Source: Longimicrobiales bacterium (GTDB lineage: Bacteria; Gemmatimonadota; Gemmatimonadetes; Longimicrobiales; Gaopeijiaceae). From it: 64,000 nucleotides of DNA. The stretch spans positions 3,616,001 to 3,680,000 of the forward strand of contig OZ242008.1 in the NCBI GenBank assembly GCA_965204735.1, written 5' to 3'. The notes below the pieces were generated by a model. It saw only the letters and a program-made list of their open reading frames with translations, was not told the origin of the DNA and ran no database searches. Made by a program: the position numbers and the translations under genes. Of this stretch, positions 10,257 to 20,244 are shown piece by piece; positions within the stretch are counted from its first letter, which is position 1, and every line of letters starts with the position of its first letter.

Positions 10257-10538
10257 CCAAGAGATGGGGCCAGGGCCTCGCCACCATGAACGCCGTCGCG
10301 GCGTGGACGATCATGCTGGTGCTTCATGCCGCAGGAACTCCGGCCCCCGGCGCCGTCGGCATGACCGACCGAGACCGCGCGCCTGGGTCCGTCCCGTCAC
10401 CACGCGCCGGGGTTGGAGCCCGCCCGGCCACGCACTCTTGGGGACCCGATTCCGGTCGCTCCGCTCCCTACGTTCGGGTCCCCAAGAGTGTGCAATTTTC
10501 GACGGCCAAGAGTGTGCAATTTTCGATGGCCGCTGACA

Positions 10539-11046
10539 CCTGATGGTCCGGCGGCGTCTCGAACCGCCGCTCCGGCTCCGGCTCGGCACCAGGACGAACC
10601 CCGCGCACGTACCGCTTGACCTGGCTGTAGCTCCCGTCGTAGCCCGACTCCCGCACCTCCCGGTACAACCGGGTCGCCGAGAGCTTCGGGTACGTGGCCG
10701 GCCGCTCGTCGATGACCGCCTTGTAGGGGTCCAGCTTCGACGGCGCCCGTCGCCGAGGTCCGTACCGCACGGGCTCGGCGTCGAGTTCGCGGTCGAGCTG
10801 ACCGGTCTCGATCCAGTGGTAGACCGTCCTCCGGCTCACGCCGACGCGGCGGGCGATCTCCGCCTTCGGCACCCCCTGGTCGAGATAGTGTCGCAGCAGC
10901 ACTCGCTTCTCCCTTCTGAACATCGCGTCTCATCCGGCTTGGGATGAAGACGCAGCGTACTCGATCCACGCGGAGGGCAGCCCAAGGGGTTCGCGCCACC
11001 GCTTCGTCAGGAGCCAGAAGTGTGCAATCTTCAGTGGCCGGTAACA
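10539..11046 (-). mobile_element. IS21-A inverted copy, 5' half with left end
   Basis: MFRREKR.. istA start at 10923; left end cagtggccggtaaca at 11046. Confidence 0.9.
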
Positions 11047-11975
11047 CCGGGCGCTCGAAGCTCTTGCCGACGTGCTGGCCCGCGTGGACGGCGGCGCTGC
11101 GACGGCGGCCGAAGCGATCGAGGAGCTGCTGGCGGCGCAGGTCGCGTTGCGCAACAGCCGTCGGCTGGCCACGGCGATGCGGTCGAGCCGTCTGCCGGCG
11201 GTCAAGACGCCCGAGGAGTACGACTTCGCGTTCCAGCCGTCGGTGAAAGCGGGAGCAGATCGCGTCGCTGCACGAACTGGGGTTCGTGGCGCGCAAGGAG
11301 AACATCGTGTTCCTGGGCCCGCCGGGCGTGGGCAAAAGACGCACCTGGCGATCAGTTTGGCCGTCGCGGCGGCGCAGGGCGGTCGGCGGATCTACCACGA
11401 CACGCTCTCCGACCTGGTGGAGTCGCTGGAGGAGGCTCAGGCGGCCGGCCGCCTCAAGCAGCGGCTCAAGACGCTGACGCACCCGTCGTTGCTGGTGGTC
11501 GACGAGATCGGCTACTTGCCGGTGAGCCGGAGCGGGGCGACGGCGTTCTTCCAGCTGATCGCCCGGCGCTACGAGCACGCCTCGACGGTGGTCACGTCGA
11601 ACAAGGGGTTCGAGGAGTGGGACGGATCCTGGGCGACGAGGTGATGGCGGCGGCGCTGCTGGGACCGACTGCTGCACCGGTGCCACATGGTCAACATCCG
11701 AGGCAACAGCTGGCACGCCCGATAACCCATGCGGCCGAGCTGGAGACGGAGGGAGGGGATCGTGACCAAGAGTTGGGCCAGGACCTCGCCACCATGAACG
11801 CCGTCGCCGCGTGGACGATCATGCTGGCACTGCATGCCGCAGGAACTCCGGCCCCCCGCACCGTGGGCACGACCGACCGAGACCGCACGCCTGGGTCCGT
11901 CCCGTCACCACGCGCCGGGGATGGAGCCCGCCTGGACATCCACTCTTCGGGGCCGATTTCGGTCGCTCCGCTCCG
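11047..11975 (+). pseudogene. Degenerate istB and right-side region of a further IS21-A copy
   Basis: Similar to about 9501-10465 with several indels. Confidence 0.85.
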
Positions 11976-12141
11976 CACCTTGCTCTGGCGCCGCGACCGG
12001 CGCACGCTCCAGATTAGGCGCGACGACGACGAGCCGCGTAGCGACGCGGCATCCTCGGACGACCCGGCTCCAGACCTTCTTCCAAGCCCCGTCACAGCCA
12101 GCCGGCGAGCCTATATATACACGACTCGCCACATCGCGAAG

Positions 12142-13566
12142 TCAGTTTGGGACCACCAGCTGCAAGGAACCATTGGGATCTCGCACGTTTTCCCCACCAA
12201 TAACGATCTCTAGTCCGGCCGAGTGGCTACGGGCATCCAGGTTAGCGCAGGCCGGAGTGCCCGGATTTTGCGAGTCCCTTGACGCCCGACCCAGAGTAGC
12301 CTGGGTCAGGGCTTGCCAGGTGTTGTTGATCAACGCCATCGACCGTCGAATAGCCGCACTCCTTACCTCTTGGGCAAGGCAGTGGACACTACGGTAACCG
12401 AAGTCCTCCACGAACATGGTGAATCCGGTCATCCGGGTCCGTCTGGCAAACCATAGCGTCCCGACAAAGCGACGCTCTCGAGCCGTAATATCGGTCACGT
12501 GCAACGTCATCGCGCTCCCCCCGTTCACTTCTCGCTCAGTCACCTCAAAGCGGTATGTCGATCCAACGCTCCATGGGTAGTTTAGTTCGCATTTTCGACC
12601 TGTGCCTTCGCCCCCAAAGCCTGTGCATATGACCCCTTCTCCTGATTCAATGACTTCGGCACCACCCACTCCGGGGACATCCCAGACCGAGAACTGCAGT
12701 TGTCTGTCGTAACGCGACCCGGCGCGTTGTAAACCGGCGTACCCGCCGTCCCAATTGATTGCAGCGTAGTACGTACGGGGGGGCTCGGTCAGCGGCGTGA
12801 TGTCAATCGAATACGCGGCACTCCGCCCTTGGTGGTTCATCCGGATGTTAAGAGCCCCGGCAGGGTTAGAAACCGGAATAGTGGAAGTGGTGTTGACCTC
12901 CCTTGTCAGGCTCGCCATGGTGTCAACCATCAATCTGAGAAGTCCGTCCCCAGGCCAGCCCGCGACCCAGGAAGCCCTGATCATACCCATCGCGTCCGTT
13001 GTCCCCTCAGAGGGGAACACCCAGCCCGATTGTCTGTCGGTCGTCCACCGGTAACTCATCCCCGCGATCGGAGCTCCACTTCCATCGGCAACCGTGGCGA
13101 CGATAGGGTCGGGACCCTGTTTGCCGGCTTCTGCAACGACATGCCCGGTAGCCACAACCACCGATGCAGGCTTCTGCGATACCGTGAGTTGCGCACCGCC
13201 AGACACGGATCCGACCCCGGCCATGATCGTCGTGTGGCCGTTACCCGTGGCAGTTGCGAGCCCGGTCGCGTTCACCACGGCTACCGACGGACTACTACTA
13301 GACCACGTCACCGACGCTCCCTGAACGGCCTGTCCGGCCGCGTCGCGGACTTCGGCTGTGAATTGCTGAGCCGCTCCCAAGAAATCGAGTTCGGCCGTAC
13401 CAGGAGCCACAACTACCGACGTGACGACCGGTTCGGGAGTTTCCGGTTCGGGAGTTTCCGGTTCGGGAGTCGTTCCAGAATTGCCACAGCCAACCGTGGC
13501 CACGGTAGTCAGGATCGTGACGCCCCATGCTACGGCGCTGATCAGGGTGCGGGTGACTGTCGTCAT
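12142..13566 (-). CDS. Lipoprotein with Ig-like domains and DUF3472/DUF5077-like domain
   Basis: Start ATG 13566; TVATVGC lipobox; VTWSSSSPSVAVV (Big_2-like); TYYAAINWDGGYAGLQ, FSVWD, FGGEGTG. Confidence 0.75.
   Translation of the reverse strand: MTTVTRTLISAVAWGVTILTTVATVGCGNSGTTPEPETPEPETPEPVVTSVVVAPGTAELDFLGAAQQFTAEVRDAAGQAVQGASVTWSSSSPSVAVVNATGLATATGNGHTTIMAGVGSVSGGAQLTVSQKPASVVVATGHVVAEAGKQGPDPIVATVADGSGAPIAGMSYRWTTDRQSGWVFPSEGTTDAMGMIRASWVAGWPGDGLLRLMVDTMASLTREVNTTSTIPVSNPAGALNIRMNHQGRSAAYSIDITPLTEPPRTYYAAINWDGGYAGLQRAGSRYDRQLQFSVWDVPGVGGAEVIESGEGVICTGFGGEGTGRKCELNYPWSVGSTYRFEVTEREVNGGSAMTLHVTDITARERRFVGTLWFARRTRMTGFTMFVEDFGYRSVHCLAQEVRSAAIRRSMALINNTWQALTQATLGRASRDSQNPGTPACANLDARSHSAGLEIVIGGENVRDPNGSLQLVVPN
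13428..13470. repeat. 15-bp tandem repeat, about x3, encoding (TPEPE)n linker
   Basis: ccggttcgggagttt repeated. Confidence 0.9.
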
Positions 13567-13632
13567 TTTGCAGCTGGACTCCCGGCGTTGGGGAAGTTGG
13601 GTTGCGGCTATATGAATGATTGATTGATTGTC

Positions 13633-13688
13633 GCACCGCCGTCCGGCTCGAGGATACTCCAGTTTCGGCCCACACCGCGACGTTTTGG
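13633..13688 (-). promoter_or_regulatory. Conserved upstream motif, copy 4
   Basis: gcaccgccgtccggctcgaggatactccagtttcggcccacaccgcgacgttttgg; minus strand has -10-like TATCCT. Confidence 0.6.
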
Positions 13689-13724
13689 GCGTTATTGCTG
13701 CCACGAAATCCCGCCGGCTGGTCA

Positions 13725-16700
13725 CTACCGCCGCGGAAGGCCCCTGCGGACCACCACGCCGCCGTCCCCCAGCCGGACTGCGCCGGCACCTCTCTCTGGC
13801 CAGTCTCTCACGATGCTTCGCACGCGGCCCGTGGACTCGTCGACCAGCATTGCCGCACGGCCTCCGGCGTCCCGGTCCACCGAGGTCGTTCCCTCCGGTC
13901 CGGAAAGTTCGATGCGGTCCAACGCGTCGGTCCACTCCTCTTCAAAGGGTAAGGCGAACAAGAAACTCGCCCCGCCGTGGTCGATCGGGTCCGGGGAGAA
14001 GTCGAGTCGGAAGAGCGTTGTGCCGCTTTCTGCCACGCCTGTCAGGCGATAGGGACCAGGGCGGGCTGGCAACTTTATAGGCGCCTCCATTGCGAACGCA
14101 GGTTCCATTCGCAACGAGCCGTCTCGAACGCCGCCCCAGAGCAACAGCATCTGACGAGACTCCCCCGCGGCGGGACGTGACGACGCCGGGAGCCGTGCGG
14201 GCAGATCGAGTCGGTAGCGCATGGCCTTCTTGAAGTTATAGTCGCTGATCCATTTAGGCCAACAATAGGACATCACTTCCTTGTAGGCGGTAGAAGACAC
14301 GATGCCAACTGGTACATCGTCAAACGACAACCGCGGCGTGGGATCGCGCTGGTAGCTGTAGCCGAACGTACCGATGGAGCCGTCAGAGTACGGAAACGCC
14401 GGGTCCACGCCGGACGGATCTCCACACGGGGCGTGAGGCAAGCTCAGGTTGTGGCCGAGTTCATGCGCGAAGGTACTATGGCCAAAAGGACCCCCGCCGT
14501 CTGAGTCAAAGACATTGGTGACGGCTGTGTATCCAGGGAGATGTGCAACGCCGGCCCATTTCCAATCTTCCTGGTTTGATACGACACTGGGACGGGCCCA
14601 GAGGGCATGATAGTATTCATCTGTACCGTCGGCTTCCAAGAACCTGAGCATGGCGATTTCGTCCACCATATCGAAAAGACCGTTGTCCGCTTGATCGGAT
14701 CGCGTCACGTAAGGCTCCCGGACCCGAATCCGCAGATCGCCGATCGGCAACATGTTGCGGACGTACCACATGAGGCCGGTCGCGTCGTGGTGTGCCAAGT
14801 CCTGCGCGAACTCCGTTACCTTGGAATTGTGGGCTCCGTTGGGGTCAGACGCGAAGTGGACAGGTACAAGAGTCATTTCCAAAGGCGGCAACCGGCTCAC
14901 CCAGACTCGATGGCGCTCGGTCGCCGGGAACCGGCTGGTGCTTCCCGCCCCTTGTGGCACGACTCCTTCTGGATCCAGTTCCACGACAATATTGAGGCCA
15001 GGTTGGATCACCGACCCGGGAATCGTAGCACTATACGAGTGATCCATGCGCCCTTCCTCCACCTGCGTCGGCAAGACTTTCGGGGGATTCATCCGAACCT
15101 CGTGAACCTGTTCGCCTCCCAAGTAGAAAGTCACAACTGCCCAGGGTTTGTACGAAGTGGGAAGATCGCTGGTCCCGAAGACTCGAAGCAGAGCTTGCCG
15201 TCCCGCTACCAATCGAACCGTTCCGCGATGATTCTGTGCCGCCTGCACCAGGTAGACGACCGGAAGGTCCAACCTCACATCTGGAGGGTTAGCGAGGACG
15301 AGGGGCAAATCGGCACGGGTTTCGAGCCCATAGTATGCCGTATCGGGCAAGCTCGGCGTGGCAACGATCTCTACGAAGCGGGACCCCGAGCCGTCCGGCG
15401 TAACAGTGAGGCCCCCGCTTGCAGTGCTGCCGGCCTGAACTTCAACGACGCTGTCGGACAGCAAACCTCCCTCGGCCCGCAGTTGTACGGCCATGGGAAA
15501 GGGGGCCCCCGCCTCCACAGTGGCAACCACGGTGGCAGGTCCCGGGGCCAACGGATCCTCAGCATCGATGCGAGTCACGCCTACATCTAGAGGAAACGGT
15601 GCACCGGGATTCCACCTCAGGTCCAGGTAGGCCAGCTGGGACAGTCCCGTGAAGACCCCGGCCGGCAGCGACGACAACCGGTTGCCCCTTAGGTTCAGCC
15701 AACGCAGCTGGGACAGCCCTGTAAAGACCCCGTCCGGCAAAGACGACAACTCGTTGCCATCCAGGTACAGCGAACGCAGCTGGGACAGCCCTGCGAAGAC
15801 CTCGGCCGGCAAAGACGACAACTCGTTGCCCCACAGACCCAGCGACGACAGCTGGGACAGCCCCCCGAAGACCCCGTCCGGCAAAGACGACAACCGGTTG
15901 ACCCCCAGATTCAGCCCCGACAGCTGGGACAGCCCTGCGAAGACCCCGTGCGGCAAAGACGACAACCGGTTGCCCCCCAGACTCAGCCACGACAGCTGGG
16001 ACAACCTTGCGAAAACCCCGTCCGGCAAAGACGACAACTCGTTGTCTCGCAAGACTAGGCCCTGCAGATTGGCAAGGTTTGTGAAGTCGGCACGCTGGAG
16101 AACTTCAATCGGTACGACATGCTGGTCGCCAGCACGCAGAAACTCCTTGCGGCCTGGCTCGAATCTGGGCATGTCGGGTACCCCGGGCTCCGCCAAGCTC
16201 TGCTCCGGCTGCGGTCCAGCCAAGTCCAGCCATGTTACTCGGCCGAGGTCGAATGCCGTTGGCGACGTGCAGTCGATCGATTCCACCTGCGCCATGATCT
16301 CGGCCCGCACCCGGGGGGTTCGGTCGCACACTCCTTCTTCGATGGTGACGACCACTGTTGCCGAGGTGCCGACCTCGTAGGCGTCATCCGGCGAGGGCAA
16401 CACGGCGACCGTGAACGTCTCCCGAGGGGACTCGATCTCCTCGTCGTCGTTGATCGCAACCTGGAGTTCGACGCTCGTCGCTCCCCCCGGGACGGGCAGG
16501 CCGCCTCCCTTTCCCAGGTCGTGGTCCTGGTCGTCGGCGTCGGCGGACTCCGGGTCCGAGTCGGCTCCGACTGCGTAGTGCACCACGATGGCCGAGTCGG
16601 GAGCAGGACCCTCGCGGACGATCATGACATGCAACGTCACGACGTCACCTTCCCGACCCGACGCACTGGCTTCTTCGATAGACACCACGGGCAATGGCGG

Positions 16701-17669
16701 CAACCCCGTGGCCATGATCTCGGCCGGCACCGCATCGCCGACCGACGCCACCAGGACCTGCTCCCCGATTCCGTCTCCGAGAGTCCACACCGTGTGCGCT
16801 GACCCTGCCGAGTCGCTCGCGACCGTCGCCGGCTCCGCCGTTCCGTGCCCCTCGCCGGGCGTGAAGGTCACTGTCGCGCCCTCCACCGGCGAACCGCCCG
16901 CATCCACCAGCCTCACCAAGATCGGTTGCGGCAACGCACGGCCGACTCTTGCCCGCTGGTTCGCTCCCTCAAGCAGCTCTACGGCCGCGACCGTCTCTTC
17001 CGGCGTGAGCGCTGTCGCTCCGATCTCGGCCGACGGTCCAGCGGCCACCGACGCCGTCAGTGTTTGGCCACCGGCGACCGATCCAAGCGTCCAGACAGTG
17101 GTTGCCGAGCCCGCCGAGTCGCTCGCAATCGTCGCCGGCTCCGCCGTTCCGTGCCCTTCGCCGGGCGTGAAGGTCACCGTCGCGCCCTCCACTGGCGAAC
17201 CGCCCGCATCCGTCACGCGCACCTGCACTGGCTCGGCCAGCGTGCGTCCCGCTCTGGCCCGCTGGTCTGCTCCCGATGTGGGGCTCACTTCGGCTGGAAC
17301 CTGCGCCACGGTCACCGACGCGGTGTCGGTCAGGCTTTGGAACGAAGCGGTAACAGTGGCCTGGCCGTTGCCCACTGCGGTGACGCCGCCGTCAGCATCA
17401 ATCGAGAAGACGTTTGGGTCGTTGCCCGACCAGCTGACTGTGCCAGCGTACGCCGCGCCGTACTGGTCCAAGATTGCCGCCGTAAACGTTGCCGTCTCGC
17501 CAAGATACGTGAACGCCGCCGCCGCCGGCGACACGGAGAGCGACGCCGGAACGGGCGGGTCCGGGGGTTCTGGAGGCGTGGCCGAGTCTCCGCACGCGAG
17601 TAATGCGGCTGCAACCGCAACCAAAGCTCCAGGCAGCGGGCGTCGAGGGAGCGAAGAGTTGGTGTTCAT
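13725..17669 (-). CDS. Large lipoprotein: Ig-like repeats, Calx-beta-like, leucine-rich repeats, M66-like metallopeptidase
   Basis: LLAC lipobox; duplicated Ig module; LRR LxxLxLxxNxLSSLPxGVF; FAHELGHNLSLPHAPCG; EVMSYC..WISDY. Confidence 0.85.
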   Translation of the reverse strand: MNTNSSLPRRPLPGALVAVAAALLACGDSATPPEPPDPPVPASLSVSPAAAAFTYLGETATFTAAILDQYGAAYAGTVSWSGNDPNVFSIDADGGVTAVGNGQATVTASFQSLTDTASVTVAQVPAEVSPTSGADQRARAGRTLAEPVQVRVTDAGGSPVEGATVTFTPGEGHGTAEPATIASDSAGSATTVWTLGSVAGGQTLTASVAAGPSAEIGATALTPEETVAAVELLEGANQRARVGRALPQPILVRLVDAGGSPVEGATVTFTPGEGHGTAEPATVASDSAGSAHTVWTLGDGIGEQVLVASVGDAVPAEIMATGLPPLPVVSIEEASASGREGDVVTLHVMIVREGPAPDSAIVVHYAVGADSDPESADADDQDHDLGKGGGLPVPGGATSVELQVAINDDEEIESPRETFTVAVLPSPDDAYEVGTSATVVVTIEEGVCDRTPRVRAEIMAQVESIDCTSPTAFDLGRVTWLDLAGPQPEQSLAEPGVPDMPRFEPGRKEFLRAGDQHVVPIEVLQRADFTNLANLQGLVLRDNELSSLPDGVFARLSQLSWLSLGGNRLSSLPHGVFAGLSQLSGLNLGVNRLSSLPDGVFGGLSQLSSLGLWGNELSSLPAEVFAGLSQLRSLYLDGNELSSLPDGVFTGLSQLRWLNLRGNRLSSLPAGVFTGLSQLAYLDLRWNPGAPFPLDVGVTRIDAEDPLAPGPATVVATVEAGAPFPMAVQLRAEGGLLSDSVVEVQAGSTASGGLTVTPDGSGSRFVEIVATPSLPDTAYYGLETRADLPLVLANPPDVRLDLPVVYLVQAAQNHRGTVRLVAGRQALLRVFGTSDLPTSYKPWAVVTFYLGGEQVHEVRMNPPKVLPTQVEEGRMDHSYSATIPGSVIQPGLNIVVELDPEGVVPQGAGSTSRFPATERHRVWVSRLPPLEMTLVPVHFASDPNGAHNSKVTEFAQDLAHHDATGLMWYVRNMLPIGDLRIRVREPYVTRSDQADNGLFDMVDEIAMLRFLEADGTDEYYHALWARPSVVSNQEDWKWAGVAHLPGYTAVTNVFDSDGGGPFGHSTFAHELGHNLSLPHAPCGDPSGVDPAFPYSDGSIGTFGYSYQRDPTPRLSFDDVPVGIVSSTAYKEVMSYCWPKWISDYNFKKAMRYRLDLPARLPASSRPAAGESRQMLLLWGGVRDGSLRMEPAFAMEAPIKLPARPGPYRLTGVAESGTTLFRLDFSPDPIDHGGASFLFALPFEEEWTDALDRIELSGPEGTTSVDRDAGGRAAMLVDESTGRVRSIVRDWPERGAGAVRLGDGGVVVRRGLPRR
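15610..16075 (-). repeat. 72-bp tandem repeats encoding 24-aa LRRs (six full plus a partial)
   Basis: cagctgggacagccc..gaagacccc..cggcaaagacgacaac recurs every 72 nt. Confidence 0.95.
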
Positions 17670-17701
17670 GCCGAGAATAGTAGCCGCGTCTATCGCCGCA
17701 G

Positions 17702-17738
17702 GCTATACGTCAGAGTTAGGCCGTATTGCGTCGGTTCC
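17702..17738 (-). promoter_or_regulatory. Conserved upstream motif, copy 5
   Basis: gctatacgtcagagttaggccgtattgcgtcggttcc aligns ungapped to 2180-2216. Confidence 0.5.
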
Positions 17739-17785
17739 TCTTCCTGACGCTGGAACGGATGGCGCCGTGGCCGAAGCTCGCGCCC

Positions 17786-18529
17786 CTACTCGACATTCGC
17801 CAGACGCGTCATGAGCGCGTCGAGTGGCATCGCCGTCGTGTGCTCGGAGAGCGGGTACGCGACATCGCCCGAATGGACCACGAACCGCTCGGCCACGCCG
17901 AGGTCGGTCGCGGCGAGCTCGAAGCCCTTGCTGGTCTTTCGCACGGCGCCCCGCTTGACTTCGACCGCCCAGAGCCTTTGGTCGGGCAGCAGCAGCAACA
18001 GGTCGATCTCCGCGCCGGCGCGAGTGCGGTAGAACCAAGCGTCGGTTCCAAAGGGCGCGACCGCAAGCAGGTTTTCGATTGCGAAGCCCTCCCAGCTGGG
18101 GCCGGCGCCGACTTCCTGGGCGTCCAAGCCCGGCAGCTCGTAGCAGACCAGACGTCCGGCCAGCGACTCGGCGGACTGGTTCAGCAACGCCCGCGACGCC
18201 GAGCCGAGCAAGAGAAAGTGCCGGGTCCGCCGCCCCGCTCGGCGTCGCAAGTCGATCTGGCCCCGCAGGACGTCGAAGAGCCCAGGCATCCGCTGCACTT
18301 CGTCGAGGACCGTCAGGGCTCCGGCGTGGTGCGCGAGGTAGCGCGCCGGGTCCACGAGCCGGGCGGCCTGGGCGGGATCCTCCAGGTCCAGGTAGGCGCT
18401 CCCGGGAACCGTGTCGGCGATCTGCTGCGCCAGGGTGGTCTTGCCGATCTGACGAGGTCCCAAGATGACGACGGCAGGCGCCTCGTCGAGGCTGCGGACC
18501 ACGCGAGCTTGGTGTCGTCGCGGAATCAT
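17786..18529 (-). pseudogene. AAA_14/DUF4143 ATPase with in-frame internal deletion
   Basis: GPRQIGKTT, LDEVQR, LGSAS, ESLAGR run directly into SWEGFAIE..FYRTRAGAEIDL..AVEVK; the central region is absent. Confidence 0.7.
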
Positions 18530-18603
18530 CCTTGCAAATTACACGACAGATGTTCGATCAGCAAGGACAAATCGTCCGGCGCACGCCGCCGGGAAGGGGG
18601 CCG

Positions 18604-20220
18604 TCAGCCGCCCGAGGCGTGTTCCCCGGATTCGGCTCCGAAGACGCCGCCGCCACGCACCAGGGCGCGGCCTGCCAGCGCCGTCGTGGCTTCTCCGTCC
18701 CGGATCGCGAACACGCCGTTGACCAGGACGTGCACGGTCCCGCGAGAGTACTGGTGAGGGTTCTCGTAGGTGGCCATGTCCTGGAGCGAGGCCAAGTCCA
18801 GCACCGCGACGTCGGCGGCGTAGCCCGGACGCAGGTAGCCCCGGTCGGTCCAACCCAGGAAGTCGGCGGCCAAGCCCGTCATCGAGCGGATCGAGTGGGG
18901 CAGCGTGATCAGCGCTTCGTCCAGCACAAGGTCGCGAATCTTCTTGGTGAAGGAGCCGAATGCGCGGGGGTGGGTGACGGGGCGCGCCGGCCCCGGGTCC
19001 CGGCCGTCGGTGCACGTCATAATCCATTCGAGCTGGGCCAAGTAGCGCACGTTTTCGATGTCGTAGAGGCCCAGGTTCATGACGGCGGCGTTGCCCTCGC
19101 GGAGGATCCGGCGGGCGGCCTCGGGAGCGTCCGTGCCCCATCCGTCGGCGACCTGCCGAAGCGTCTTGCCGTTGAGCTCCGGGCGCGGGTCGGCGAAGAG
19201 GAGCCGGTCCGCACCGCCGCGAATCGCCAGCATTTCGCGGGTCTGGGCGTCCAGCAGCGCCAGCGTGTCCGGGTCGTCGAAGCGCCGGACCATGGCGCTG
19301 TCGCCTCCGTCCACCGCCCATCCGGGCACCGTGTAGGAGCGCAGGTTCGACTGGGTGGCGGTGTAGGAGTGATGCGCGCCAGCGACTTCGACGCCCCTGG
19401 CCCGTGCCGCCTCGATCAGCGCCGCGCCTTCCGGGGCGCGTCCATAGTTGTGCGCGCCCTGGGCGTTGAAGTGGCTGAAGATCACCTTCGTGCCGGCCTC
19501 TTCGCCGATGCGGATCCCCTCGGCGATCGACTTCAGGTACCCGAAGGGCGGGTAGGCGGCGCCCAAGTCGCGGTCGTGGGTGTCGTAGATCGCACCGGGG
19601 TACTGGGCCGCGACCCGGTTCAGCTCGATCACCTCCTCGGTCTCGGCGTAGTTGCCCGGCAGGTAGAACAGCCCGGACGACAGGCCGTAGGCGCCCTCGT
19701 CCATCCCTTGGCGGACCAGCTCGCGCATCTGGTCCAGCTCGTCGGCGCGAGGCGCCCGGTCCGCCATTCCCATGACCTGCCGGCGCACCCAGTTGTGACC
19801 GACGAACATGAAGGCGTTCACGCCGATTCCGTCTGTGGTCCATGCGCCCAGCTGCCGAGCCACGTCGGCCCCGCCGCCGTCCATTCCCAGCGCCACGCTC
19901 GTGATCCCCTGGAAGAGGAACGCCCGCGCGTCGCGCCCGTGGTCCGCTCCCAGCTCCGCGTGGGAGTGCATGTCGACGAAGCCGGGCGCCACCACCAGCC
20001 CGACCGCGTCCACCGTGTCCAGCGCCGCGACCCCTCCGGCCATGGCGTCGCCCACGAAGCTGATCCTGTCTCCCGCGACCGCCACGTCCGCCGTCACGGC
20101 ATCGGCTCCCGTCCCGTCCAGAACGGCACCGCCCAGGATCAGGACGTCGGCAGGACGGGGGGCCGGGGAGCAGGCGGCGGCCAGGGAGGCCAGAACCACA
20201 AGGGGAAGACCCCTATGCAT
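18604..20220 (-). CDS. N-acyl-D-amino-acid deacylase family amidohydrolase (lipoprotein)
   Basis: LAAAC; APGFVDMHSH, GLSSGLFYLPG, HPRAFGSF, DRGYLRPGYAADV. Confidence 0.9.
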   Translation of the reverse strand: MHRGLPLVVLASLAAACSPAPRPADVLILGGAVLDGTGADAVTADVAVAGDRISFVGDAMAGGVAALDTVDAVGLVVAPGFVDMHSHAELGADHGRDARAFLFQGITSVALGMDGGGADVARQLGAWTTDGIGVNAFMFVGHNWVRRQVMGMADRAPRADELDQMRELVRQGMDEGAYGLSSGLFYLPGNYAETEEVIELNRVAAQYPGAIYDTHDRDLGAAYPPFGYLKSIAEGIRIGEEAGTKVIFSHFNAQGAHNYGRAPEGAALIEAARARGVEVAGAHHSYTATQSNLRSYTVPGWAVDGGDSAMVRRFDDPDTLALLDAQTREMLAIRGGADRLLFADPRPELNGKTLRQVADGWGTDAPEAARRILREGNAAVMNLGLYDIENVRYLAQLEWIMTCTDGRDPGPARPVTHPRAFGSFTKKIRDLVLDEALITLPHSIRSMTGLAADFLGWTDRGYLRPGYAADVAVLDLASLQDMATYENPHQYSRGTVHVLVNGVFAIRDGEATTALAGRALVRGGGVFGAESGEHASGG

Positions 20221-20244
20221 CGGTCGGTTCGGCGCCCGCAACGC

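Larger units (their letters stand above)
8272..10538 (+). mobile_element. Complete IS21-family element with 5-bp target duplication CCTGA
   Basis: Ends TGTTACCGGCCACTGAAAATTGCACACT and AGTGTGCAATTTTCGATGGCCGCTGACA, each with a duplicated subterminal repeat; CCTGA at 8267-8271 and 10539-10543. Confidence 0.95.

Noticed and set aside
10253..10543. Possible third ORF in the IS21 after istB (GTGA overlap, GGAGG upstream)
   Set aside because: Runs through the terminal repeats and takes its stop from the target DNA; the copy near 3920 is frameshifted; no recognisable motif.
12033..12050. Hairpin gccgcgt-agcg-acgcggc as terminator
   Set aside because: No U-tract; such hairpins are common at this GC level.
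15610..16075. Regular repeats as a CRISPR array
   Set aside because: In-frame 72-bp coding LRR units with no unique spacers and no cas genes.
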